Assembly: GCA_965232245.1 (NCBI GenBank)
Contig: CBDDPG010000001.1
Span: forward strand, 50,635-114,634
From: Phototrophicaceae bacterium
GTDB taxonomy: Bacteria > Chloroflexota > Anaerolineae > Aggregatilineales > Phototrophicaceae
DNA length: 64,000 nt
Direction of reading: 5' to 3'
Of this stretch, positions 1 to 7,886 are shown in pieces (position 1 is the first letter of the stretch; the number at the start of each line of letters is the position of its first letter). Under the pieces are notes generated by a model, which saw only the letters and a program-made list of their open reading frames with translations, was not told the DNA's origin and made no database searches. The translations under genes and the position numbers were made by a program.

Positions 1-1
1 G

Positions 2-553
2 CTCGATCTGGAAGCGGATTATGTCACGTTCGCGCCGCAGTGCAGCGAAAGCGATTTGCCCGACCTGACACCCTTTGCCTCGCCCATGGCAATACAAAAG
101 GAACTCCTGATTTGGCTGCTGCGCAGCCTCTCCGATCTGTGCGACGCCATGGACGTCCAGCTGGCGCTGCAAGCGCTCAACCATTACGAAACATCGTTCA
201 TCACCCGTCTTGATCAAGCCGCTTACTTTAGGCGCCAGGTTGACAATCATTCCATGATCACCGTCGCCGCCAATCTTTATCACATGGCTTTGGAAGAAGA
301 GGATCTGGTGGCTGCGCTGCGAAAATACACCGGCGACATCAGCGTGATTTATCTGTCAGAGCACAACGGGCGGCTGCCCGGGCAGGGCTACCTGCCGTTT
401 TCAGCCATCGGCGAGGCTCTAAGCGAGCAGGCATACGCTGGTTGGCTGGTCCTGGCAGGCGCGGGAACGGTCAGCAACCCGGCAGGCGCGCGACAGATCT
501 TTCAAGAATTGCCCGGCAGCCTTCAGTTTTTGCGTGGAGCGTGCATTGTTTAG
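2..553 (+). CDS. Xylose isomerase-like TIM-barrel protein (sugar phosphate isomerase/epimerase family), N-terminus outside window
   Basis: Frame is open from base 2 into the listed 56..553 ORF; C-terminal pattern LNHYETSFI...VIYLSEHNGRLPGQGYLPF...GYAGWLVLA resembles AP-endonuclease-2/xylose-isomerase-like TIM barrels; by-eye recognition only. Confidence 0.5.
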   Translation, partial: LDLEADYVTFAPQCSESDLPDLTPFASPMAIQKELLIWLLRSLSDLCDAMDVQLALQALNHYETSFITRLDQAAYFRRQVDNHSMITVAANLYHMALEEEDLVAALRKYTGDISVIYLSEHNGRLPGQGYLPFSAIGEALSEQAYAGWLVLAGAGTVSNPAGARQIFQELPGSLQFLRGACIV

Positions 554-593
554 AGCTAAATCCCATACCCTTTGTTGCGCGGGGAAAAAGAAT

Positions 594-664
594 CGCCGGG
601 ATACCCGGCGGCTTGTTGCGGCAATTCGTATTTTCAACTGGGGACAAGCGCAGAGCCTGTCCCC
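594..664. terminator. Hairpin pair between convergent genes (candidate terminators)
   Basis: CGCCGGG-ATA-CCCGGCG at 594-610 and GGGGACA-N11-TGTCCCC at 640-664 lie between the + ORF ending 553 and the - strand HU gene ending 684; no clean U tract. Confidence 0.3.
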
Positions 665-683
665 AAATAATTTCGCGTCCTAG

Positions 684-956
684 CTAGTTCACCGCGTCAG
701 CAAGGCTCGCGCCGGCTTTGAACTTGACGACTTTCTTGGCGGCGATCTGAATTTCTTCCCCGGTCCGCGGGTTGCGGCCCGTACGGGCGTCACGCTGCTC
801 AACAGACCACGAGCCAAAGCCAACCAGGGCAATCCGCTCGCCGCTTGACAAGCCGTCTGTGACTGAATCCACAAAGGCGTCCAGCGCTCGACCAGCGTCT
901 GCCTTGCTCAAACCTGCTTTTTCTGCGATTGAACCAATCAATTCAGCTTTGTTCAT
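684..956 (-). CDS. hup: HU family DNA-binding protein
   Basis: 90 aa; MNKAELI...[37 protein letters not shown] is the canonical HU/IHF arm signature. Confidence 0.95.
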   Translation of the reverse strand: MNKAELIGSIAEKAGLSKADAGRALDAFVDSVTDGLSSGERIALVGFGSWSVEQRDARTGRNPRTGEEIQIAAKKVVKFKAGASLADAVN

Positions 957-1113
957 TTTAATCGCTCCTTACAGTTAAATGCTGATACAGCAGTATAACA
1001 CGTTTTCACCTCAAAACAGGTGATTATTGTCAATTCTAAGCAATATAAGTTGCTTTAGCAAGTTTCCAAGATTTAATCAACCAGTGCAAATCATGTTGAC
1101 AATCGACTGCGTT

Positions 1114-2025
1114 TTAATTAGCGAATTGGCTGAGAAATGCATCGACCTCTTGTCGCGTAGGCAAAGCCGCGCGGCCGCCTATGGCGCGACAGTTCAAGGC
1201 GCCGACCGCCGAGGCAAAGCGCGCCATCCGCGGCGCATCCCAATCTTCTAGCAGCGCGGCCATAAAGGCGCCATGATAGGCATCGCCGGCGCCAGTCGTA
1301 TCCACGACATCCACTTCAAACGCGGGGATATGCCGCGTTCCGCCTGCCCATGCGATGACCGATCCGCGCGCGCCGAGCGTAACCGCCGCGATTGCGGCGC
1401 CCGCTTCATACAGAGCTTGCGCGACAGCTTGCGCAGGTCGGCCCGGCATCCAAGCCTCCGCCCACTGCTCGGGCACGATCGGCACATCGACATAGGGCAG
1501 GATGTCCTTGATGACCGCGTAGGGACGCGCGGGATCTAAGAGGACTTTCATGTCCGCTTCCCGCGCCCAGCGCGCCGCTTGCAGCGTCAGCTCGCTGACA
1601 TCGTCGATGAAGAGCGCTTTGGCGGATGTGATGTCTGCGCGCTTAATCTCGCTTAATGCGATCGGTTTGCCCGTGGGCGGGCGGGTCATGATGCTGCGGT
1701 CGCCGGTGCGCTCGTCCACCAGTATCAGCGAGACATGCGATTGACTGCCCGCGCGCGTGATCAGGTTCGAGGCGTCGACGCCCTCGCTGGCCAGCTCGGC
1801 GCGGATATATTGCCCGTCGGCATCGTCGCCGATGAGCGCGATAATTTTGCAGCGCGCGCCCAAGCGCGCGGCCGCCACCAAGGCGCATGAAGCCAGACCG
1901 CCCGGCTGGCGCAGGTAGCTGGAGGCTTTCATATTGACATTGTTGCCCGGCATCTGCGGCACAGTCATCAGATGATCAACCGTGCAGACGCCGATGCCGA
2001 CGATGTCAGGCGCGTTCGACATCAA
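1114..2025 (-). CDS. PfkB-family carbohydrate kinase (ribokinase-like)
   Basis: 303 aa; N-terminal GIGVCTVDH and C-terminal DTTGAGDAYHGAF (PfkB signature). Confidence 0.85.
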   Translation of the reverse strand: MMSNAPDIVGIGVCTVDHLMTVPQMPGNNVNMKASSYLRQPGGLASCALVAAARLGARCKIIALIGDDADGQYIRAELASEGVDASNLITRAGSQSHVSLILVDERTGDRSIMTRPPTGKPIALSEIKRADITSAKALFIDDVSELTLQAARWAREADMKVLLDPARPYAVIKDILPYVDVPIVPEQWAEAWMPGRPAQAVAQALYEAGAAIAAVTLGARGSVIAWAGGTRHIPAFEVDVVDTTGAGDAYHGAFMAALLEDWDAPRMARFASAVGALNCRAIGGRAALPTRQEVDAFLSQFAN

Positions 2026-2121
2026 AAGCCGCCCCCTCCGGGATTGATCCGCGTCTCTATTTTTATCTCATGTTCCCGCTTGCCGCAATTGCCCAAAGCC
2101 AGTTGGCCACAGCCCAATTTC

Positions 2122-2150
2122 TTGACAGGCGATTTTCGGGAACATATAAT
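2122..2150 (+). promoter_or_regulatory. Perfect consensus sigma70-type promoter TTGACA-17-TATAAT
   Basis: TTGACA at 2122-2127, 17-nt spacer, TATAAT at 2145-2150, oriented rightward toward the + strand array; now followed by the IS insertion at 2263. Confidence 0.6.
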
Positions 2151-2254
2151 CCTGTGAAGATTGTCGATATTATACGGTTCGCAGTGCCGATTTCACAGTT
2201 CGCGGACAAGGGATAGGCTCTCTTCTGCGGGGGCTGTCACTGTCCGCGCATCAC

Positions 2255-2286
2255 ATATTAAGGGGAATTACATACTTGACTTCGCA
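2255..2286. repeat. Left target-site duplication (ATATTAAG, 2255-2262) plus left terminal inverted repeat (2263-2286) of the IS element
   Basis: GGGAATTACATACTTGACTTCGCA at 2263-2286 is the exact reverse complement of 4668-4691; ATATTAAG repeated at 4692-4699. Confidence 0.9.
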
Positions 2287-2394
2287 TTAGGTTCTAATCA
2301 GGTATAATATATTATAAACTTGAAGCCATATTTGCAATGCGCGCAAAGAAATTATTGGATACAATAATTATCAAAATAATCTGATGGGGGTAGC

Positions 2395-2553
2395 ATGGTC
2401 AACAAGATAGATCTGAACGCACTAAATACTATAACCGATAAGATACTCAGCTACGAGCCAAAGAAGCAGCCTAAGACGCAAGTCCCGAAAGAATCACCGT
2501 TGCCTTCGTCGAAGAAAGAGACGAAGGGCGCGAAACATGGAAGAGAAAGCTAA
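2395..2553 (+). CDS. Small hypothetical protein (52 aa, Lys/Pro-rich), IS passenger
   Basis: ATG at 2395 preceded by GGGGG; read by hand to TAA at 2551-2553; below the 60-aa cutoff of the ORF track; overlaps start of next ORF. Confidence 0.3.
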   Translation: MVNKIDLNALNTITDKILSYEPKKQPKTQVPKESPLPSSKKETKGAKHGRES

Positions 2554-2965
2554 GCACGATTATCCTGAGCCGAGTGTTGCACCGCAAATACCTTCGATAA
2601 ATGTGAATGTCGAGCAATCAAATGTGCAGCAACAAAGCACTACAGTCGTTGCTTCTAGTAGCGGGAATCAAGTACACACAAAACTCACAATGATGGATAT
2701 TTTCGGGCATCTCGTAATCTGGATTATCTTTTCTATATTCACACTTGGGATTGGGCTGTTGTTCTGGCCTTACGCAGCAGCGAAATTGATACTTAACTCG
2801 ATGGTGATAGATCAGCGGCAAATCCGGTGCGAATTAGGCGGCGGTGGGCAACTTGGACACATGATTATCTGGGCGATATTGATGATTTGCTCGGCTGGGT
2901 TGTTGTATCCACTATACTTTTTCGGGGTTGCTCGCACCGCAATCAATGCTTCTCGTTTGACTTGA
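2537..2965 (+). CDS. Hypothetical membrane protein, IS passenger (two repeated TM-hairpin segments, DUF898/YjgN-like impression)
   Basis: 142 aa; hydrophilic N-terminus then repeated hydrophobic segments IFSIFTLGIGLLFWPY and ILMICSAGLLYPLYFF. Confidence 0.55.
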   Translation: MEEKAKHDYPEPSVAPQIPSINVNVEQSNVQQQSTTVVASSSGNQVHTKLTMMDIFGHLVIWIIFSIFTLGIGLLFWPYAAAKLILNSMVIDQRQIRCELGGGGQLGHMIIWAILMICSAGLLYPLYFFGVARTAINASRLT

Positions 2966-2981
2966 AGGGGCGAGACTCAGA

Positions 2982-3458
2982 ATGATTAGGTTCAACATCG
3001 TTCTATTTACCCTTTTCTGCCTGATAATACCCGTAAGCGGTCAACAATGGGTAGAGGCTACTATTGGAAGCGAACATGGGGAATTCAAAGTCAGTTGCGA
3101 GGTATTGACAACCCCGTTGCGCGGTACCGGCAAATATGAAGGGCAGGATCTGACCTTGGCATTATGGCAGATGATTTTCTCGCTTATGGAGCAACAAGAC
3201 ATTGAGCTTGAAGGCGAGCTTCTCGCCTTGTCGGAATCGTTGCGAGAGAAGTGGGGCGGGGATGAATGCGCTGTTACGGCAGAAACGCTCACAGTCAAAA
3301 GCCCGGTTTGGAATGCCTGGGATGGTGATGCTACCCTAGTTGATCTGGTCGTTTCAGACGATGCAGATTGCTACAGTTACATAGACTGGGGCAGGCACTT
3401 TGAGAAAATCACAGATCGTATGTTTTGGCGACAACAATTTATCCAACAATGTATCTAA
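2982..3458 (+). CDS. Hypothetical secreted protein, IS passenger
   Basis: 158 aa; N-terminal signal-like MIRFNIVLFTLFCLIIPVSGQQ; several Cys; no family recognised. Confidence 0.55.
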   Translation: MIRFNIVLFTLFCLIIPVSGQQWVEATIGSEHGEFKVSCEVLTTPLRGTGKYEGQDLTLALWQMIFSLMEQQDIELEGELLALSESLREKWGGDECAVTAETLTVKSPVWNAWDGDATLVDLVVSDDADCYSYIDWGRHFEKITDRMFWRQQFIQQCI

Positions 3459-3470
3459 AAGGAGTTTGAT

Positions 3471-3701
3471 ATGGCTCATCAACCAGCGCAAGACTATGAT
3501 GGTGGAGTTAGACGTCCTGTTCCGAAACTGACTACGGATGAACAGCGTATTGCTAACGCGATTGCTATGGTCATCAGGACTGAACTAAAGCCAATCTTGG
3601 AGAGCATGGATAAGCGATTGGGATCAATAGAGCAGCAGATGAAAGGCGTACACGAGATATTCGCTGCCAATGATTTCATCGTTCCCGATCTCGACGATTA
3701 G
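3471..3701 (+). CDS. Small hypothetical protein, IS passenger
   Basis: 76 aa, helical/charged; stop codon overlaps the convergent transposase stop (3698-3701). Confidence 0.4.
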   Translation: MAHQPAQDYDGGVRRPVPKLTTDEQRIANAIAMVIRTELKPILESMDKRLGSIEQQMKGVHEIFAANDFIVPDLDD

Positions 3702-4621
3702 CTAATCAGCTTCTCATACGTCAGCCGCTTGCCAATAGCATTCTTGATGATATGGTCAAGGCGTACCATTGTATGGTTGCGCACATTGCCCTCGTTGAAG
3801 CGGAAGACGAACTCGTTCACATACCGGCGCATGTGCTTAGTTGACCAGTTATGGTATACGCCATTGTAGCCACGCTTTAAGACAGCCCAGACGCTCTCGA
3901 TGCCGTTTGTATGCGCCATCCCATTGACGTACTCTTTGGCGCTGTGATTGACCTTCTGATGGTCATAAGAATTGGACAGATCGTGATAAGCGCCATGTTC
4001 GTCGGTATACACTGTGGCGCCTTTCTTGATGTTCTCGGTAAGTTCCTTGCCGATTGTTTTTTTGTCAGTGCCGTCGACCGGCATCGCAACCAGCCGTCCT
4101 TTGCGCTCACGGATACCGAGGACAGGCTGCTTGCCAACAGTACCGCGTCCGGCGTGTAGCTTCTTCTTTTCGTGTTTGTTTCTCTCTTTGCCACCTATGT
4201 AAGTTTCATCTACTTCAACGGGGCCGGTCATACGCTCGGCTTTAACATCGCAGGCTTCACGTATGCGGTGCAGCAAAAACCAAGCGGACTTTTGCGTGAT
4301 ACCGAGTTCCTTTGACAACTGCATACTGCTGATACCCTTGCGAGCAGTTTGCAGCAAGTACATAGCGAACAGCCATTTGTGGAGCGGAATGTGCGAACGC
4401 TCAAAGATCGTGCCAGTGCGAACTGTAAACTTCTTACGGCAATCCTTGCACTGGTGATACTGGTATTGACGCTGGCGCGAGGTTCGCTCACTTTCACAGT
4501 AAGGGCATTCAATTTGACCTTGCCAGCGGCGCTCTTCGAGATAGTCCAATGCGGCTCGTTCGTTGGGGAATTGCTCAAAGAACTCGAATGTGCTGATTGT
4601 TCCGCCGTACTCTTTAGCCAT
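3698..4621 (-). CDS. IS1595-family transposase (zinc-ribbon + ISXO2-like DDE domain)
   Basis: 307 aa; CPYC...CKDC zinc ribbon, HTH-like KGISSMQLSKELGITQKSAWFLLHRIR, VEVDETYIGGKE motif typical of IS1595 transposases. Confidence 0.9.
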   Translation of the reverse strand: MAKEYGGTISTFEFFEQFPNERAALDYLEERRWQGQIECPYCESERTSRQRQYQYHQCKDCRKKFTVRTGTIFERSHIPLHKWLFAMYLLQTARKGISSMQLSKELGITQKSAWFLLHRIREACDVKAERMTGPVEVDETYIGGKERNKHEKKKLHAGRGTVGKQPVLGIRERKGRLVAMPVDGTDKKTIGKELTENIKKGATVYTDEHGAYHDLSNSYDHQKVNHSAKEYVNGMAHTNGIESVWAVLKRGYNGVYHNWSTKHMRRYVNEFVFRFNEGNVRNHTMVRLDHIIKNAIGKRLTYEKLIS

Positions 4622-4667
4622 GTCAACCTCTGTTGTATACTGTACCTATAGTCTACAGCAGAAGTTT

Positions 4668-4699
4668 TGCGAAGTCAAGTATGTAATTCCCATATTAAG
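4668..4699. repeat. Right terminal inverted repeat (4668-4691) plus right target-site duplication (ATATTAAG, 4692-4699)
   Basis: TGCGAAGTCAAGTATGTAATTCCC followed by ATATTAAG; the duplication contributes the first bases of the AAGGAG Shine-Dalgarno at 4697-4702. Confidence 0.9.
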
Positions 4700-4710
4700 G
4701 AGAGTTCAGT

Positions 4711-5829
4711 TTGGCATCAAATACCAAGAGCGCCATCTTGGCGGGGCATCGGGCAAATGATGATTTGAACAGCCCCCTCTTGCCGCAGGTAGCGCGGGCT
4801 GACAATGACCTGGGGTCTGACGGCATGCGCGCGCCCCTCGACGAACGGATCATCGCCGCCGCCGCCGCCGCGCTGGACGATGGACAAACGCATTATGTCG
4901 ACGTGCCCGGCATCGCCCCCCTGCGCGCCGCCGTCGCCGACTATCTGAACAGCGCCGCCGGCGCGACCTATGCTGCCAGAGCAAACTATAGCGCAAGCAA
5001 TATCATCATCACGGCGGGCATGCAAGAGGCGCGCTTTTTGAGCGTACAGATGATCGGCGAAGGTTACGACAGCATCGCCGTACCCGCTGTGGTTCATGCG
5101 GGCTTACGCAAGGCATTGGGCGTGCGCAGCCGGGATCCCATGATGATGCCCGTAGACCCGGCTCAAGGCTACCTGCCGTCGCTTGACGCGATCGCCCAAG
5201 CCGCCGCCGCTGGCTGCCGCCTCTTCTATCTGGAATCGCCCGCTCGTTTGAGCGGCGCCGCCTATAGCGCCGACGAAGTCGCCGCCATCAATCAAATCAT
5301 CGCCGACCAGGAAGCCGCCGTGATCTGGGACCAAGGACTGGCGCCCTGGCTGGAAGGCGCTTATGCCTCCCTGGCCGCGCTGGACAGCGAGCGCCTGCGC
5401 ACAGCCGTCATCGGCGAAGCCTTTAGCGGCATGGGTTTGGCGAGTTGGTTCGTCGGCTATATCGCCGCGCCGGCAGCCTGGATTCCAGCCATGCAGTCGC
5501 AGAAACAGATCATGTCGATCTGTACCAGCACCGCCTCCCAATATGCCGCGCTGGAAGCCAGCCAACTCTACAATGAAGCGCAAGCGCGACAATTATCACT
5601 GCTCGGCGGCTTGCGCGCCGACCTGGAACATGCGGCCGCCGCGGCGGGAATCGCCGTCGTCAAAGGCGGCGCGGTCAACGTGATTGCCCTGCGGCTGTCG
5701 GCAGACCATGCGCAAAAAATAAACCGCGCTGGCTACGACTTCGCCGCTGGCAGCCTCTTCGGCGCGCCGGATGTGATTCGTCTCAATGTCAACAACTCAA
5801 GCGCCGCAGCGCTGGCTGCGCTTAATTGA
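4711..5829 (+). CDS. Class I/II aminotransferase-fold protein lacking the PLP lysine (probable pseudoenzyme)
   Basis: 372 aa, TTG start; aminotransferase-like YVDVPGIAPLRAAVADYL, but the segment aligned to SKSYSMTGWRLGW of the neighbour reads FSGMGLASWFVGY (no Lys) and SPNNP is SPARL. Confidence 0.7.
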   Translation: MASNTKSAILAGHRANDDLNSPLLPQVARADNDLGSDGMRAPLDERIIAAAAAALDDGQTHYVDVPGIAPLRAAVADYLNSAAGATYAARANYSASNIIITAGMQEARFLSVQMIGEGYDSIAVPAVVHAGLRKALGVRSRDPMMMPVDPAQGYLPSLDAIAQAAAAGCRLFYLESPARLSGAAYSADEVAAINQIIADQEAAVIWDQGLAPWLEGAYASLAALDSERLRTAVIGEAFSGMGLASWFVGYIAAPAAWIPAMQSQKQIMSICTSTASQYAALEASQLYNEAQARQLSLLGGLRADLEHAAAAAGIAVVKGGAVNVIALRLSADHAQKINRAGYDFAAGSLFGAPDVIRLNVNNSSAAALAALN

Positions 5830-5945
5830 CGCAGCCGCTCGGCGCGCAACCGGCGCAAAAGTCTGCCGCGCTCACAGAAAATAACCGGCTCTCTCCACGC
5901 TTGCGCAAGCCGCTTTGTTAAAAGAAATCGAGGAATCTACCAAAC

Positions 5946-7106
5946 ATGAGCAAGAAGAAAAAAGACGGCACCAGCCTGCTCTATCAGTTGATTGGCGAAG
6001 CGCGCGGCTACGATGACGCCATCATCATGGGGCGCGGCGATCCCGATTTTGACACGCCGCCGCATATCGTGGCTGCCGCCAAAGAGGCCATGATCCATCA
6101 CCACAGCGAATACAGTCCGCCGCAGGGACTGCTGCCCCTGCGGCAAGCCATCGCCGAGCGCGTCAAGCGCGTCAACAATATCGATGTCGATCCCGAAAGC
6201 GAGGTGGTCGTCACCAACGGCGGGCAGGAAGCGCTTTTCCTGATGGTGCTGGCGGTCACGTCGCCGGGCGACGAAATGATCGTGCCCGAACCCAACTACA
6301 ATACCTACGCCGATTCGCTGGCTTTCGCCGGCGGTCTCAAGGTCGAGGTGCAAACCTACGCCGACAGCGACTTCCGCGCCGATCCCCAAGCTGTGCGCCA
6401 GGCGGTCACAGACAAAACGCGCTCGCTGCTGCTGGTTTCGCCCAACAATCCCGCCGCCAGCGTCATCTCCCCGGATGATATGCGGGAGCTGCTGGACATC
6501 GCCATCGAACATGACCTGATGGTCCTGGCTGATGACATCTACGACCTCTTTGTCTATGACGACTTCCAGCACCTCAGCCCAGCTTCCTTGCCCGGCGGCA
6601 AAGAGCGCACGCTCACGCTCAACGCTTTGTCAAAATCCTATTCCATGACCGGCTGGCGCTTGGGCTGGATCGTCGGTCCAGCCGATTTGATGGCGCGCGT
6701 CGCCGAGCTCAAGGCGGCCATCAGCGGCGGCGCCTCGGTCATTTCGCAGTACGCCGGCATCGCCGCCCTCACGGGACCGCAAGACGCCGTCGAGATGATG
6801 GCGGCAGCTTATCGCAAGCGGCGGCGCATGGTCCTCGACGCGCTGGACGAGATGGGCATGAACTACGGCATGCCACAGGGCGGTCAGTTCGTCTTCGCCG
6901 ATATCGGCTTCACGGGTTTGGACAGCGCCGAAGTCGCGCAGCGAATGCTGAGCGAGCAGCACGTCCTGGCTTATCCAGGCTCGGCATTTTCCAAAGACCG
7001 CAAAGATTACCTGCGCATGACCTTCCTGCAGCCGGAAGATCAATTGTTGGAAGGCTTGCAGCGCATGAAAGCCGCCATGGACAAGATCATGGCGGAAAAG
7101 AAGTGA
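5946..7106 (+). CDS. Class I/II (aspartate-type) aminotransferase
   Basis: 386 aa; SPNNPAA, DDIYD and LSKSYSMTGWRLGW (Schiff-base Lys) motifs. Confidence 0.9.
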   Translation: MSKKKKDGTSLLYQLIGEARGYDDAIIMGRGDPDFDTPPHIVAAAKEAMIHHHSEYSPPQGLLPLRQAIAERVKRVNNIDVDPESEVVVTNGGQEALFLMVLAVTSPGDEMIVPEPNYNTYADSLAFAGGLKVEVQTYADSDFRADPQAVRQAVTDKTRSLLLVSPNNPAASVISPDDMRELLDIAIEHDLMVLADDIYDLFVYDDFQHLSPASLPGGKERTLTLNALSKSYSMTGWRLGWIVGPADLMARVAELKAAISGGASVISQYAGIAALTGPQDAVEMMAAAYRKRRRMVLDALDEMGMNYGMPQGGQFVFADIGFTGLDSAEVAQRMLSEQHVLAYPGSAFSKDRKDYLRMTFLQPEDQLLEGLQRMKAAMDKIMAEKK

Positions 7107-7152
7107 CAAGAGCATCAGCAGGATTTCTTTCAGCCCGGCGAATGGAGACAAG

Positions 7153-7875
7153 ATGAACGAGCCACTGGGTGATAAAGTAGCGGTCATCAGCGGCGCGAGC
7201 CACGGGCTGGGGCAAGCGACGGCGGAACATCTGGCGGCTTTGGGCGCGCATGTTTGTCTGCTGGCGCGGCGTATGGAACCCTTGCAAGAGGCGGCGGAGG
7301 CCATCAAGAGCGCCGGCGGCGCAGCCAGCGCCTTCCCCTGCGACGTCGCCGACCCGGCCCAGGTTCAAGCCACAGCCGCCGCCATCCAACAGGCATTGGG
7401 ACAAGTGCATATCCTGGTCAACAATGCCGGCATTCCCGCGCCGCGCAGCTTCGCCGAAACGAATTTCGGCGATTGGGACGCGGTCATCGGCGTCAACCTG
7501 TCCGGCGTATTTTATCTGACGCGCGCGCTGTGGGACGGGCTGATCGCCGCCGCTGGCGCCACAGTGATCACTATATCCGGCACAGCCGGCTTGCGTGGCG
7601 GCGGCAGCCCGGCTTATGGCGCCGCCAAGTTCGCTCTGACGGGCTTGAACCACGCCATCGCGCAGGCTGGCGTAGACCAGCAGATCCGCGCCACGATCTT
7701 GTACCCGGGCGGCATCGACACCGGCTGGCGGGGCGCGCCCATCGGCCTCAAGCCGCGCAGCGAAACCATGGACCCGGCTGTCATCGCCAAAATGATCGGG
7801 CAAATCGTCACATCGCCGCCCGAGTTCGTGGTCAACGAAGCCGTGCTCAATCCTCTGGATCAACCCTATATGTAA
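7153..7875 (+). CDS. Short-chain dehydrogenase/reductase (SDR)
   Basis: 240 aa; SGASHGLG glycine motif, NNAG, YGAAK catalytic YxxxK. Confidence 0.9.
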   Translation: MNEPLGDKVAVISGASHGLGQATAEHLAALGAHVCLLARRMEPLQEAAEAIKSAGGAASAFPCDVADPAQVQATAAAIQQALGQVHILVNNAGIPAPRSFAETNFGDWDAVIGVNLSGVFYLTRALWDGLIAAAGATVITISGTAGLRGGGSPAYGAAKFALTGLNHAIAQAGVDQQIRATILYPGGIDTGWRGAPIGLKPRSETMDPAVIAKMIGQIVTSPPEFVVNEAVLNPLDQPYM

Positions 7876-7886
7876 GGTCCGCATTC

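Larger units (their letters stand above)
2263..4691 (-). mobile_element. IS1595-family insertion element carrying passenger ORFs (2429 bp)
   Basis: Perfect 24-bp terminal inverted repeats, 8-bp direct target duplication, internal IS1595/ISXO2-like transposase, visibly lower GC than flanks. Confidence 0.85.

Noticed and set aside
1028-1064. Possible third copy of the shared promoter motif (TGTCAATT ... TAGCAAGT) upstream of the HU gene
   Set aside because: Only two short AT-rich octamers match, they are separated by an unrelated AGCAA-N6-TTGCT palindrome, and the CGTCTTGC half is absent. Chance explains this adequately.
4667-4696. Possible outward-facing hybrid promoter formed by the right IS end (TTGCGA at 4667-4672 with CATATT at 4691-4696)
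   Set aside because: The -10 is weak. The predicted start would also fall at or after the Shine-Dalgarno (4697-4702), leaving no usable leader. I keep this only as an untested alternative under the IS/promoter finding.
7254-7886. N-terminal 211 residues of the 566-aa ORF 7254..8954
   Set aside because: This part is an alternate-frame read through the SDR gene and is extremely Arg-rich. The Ldh_2 homology begins at the ATG at 7887, 11 nt after the SDR stop.
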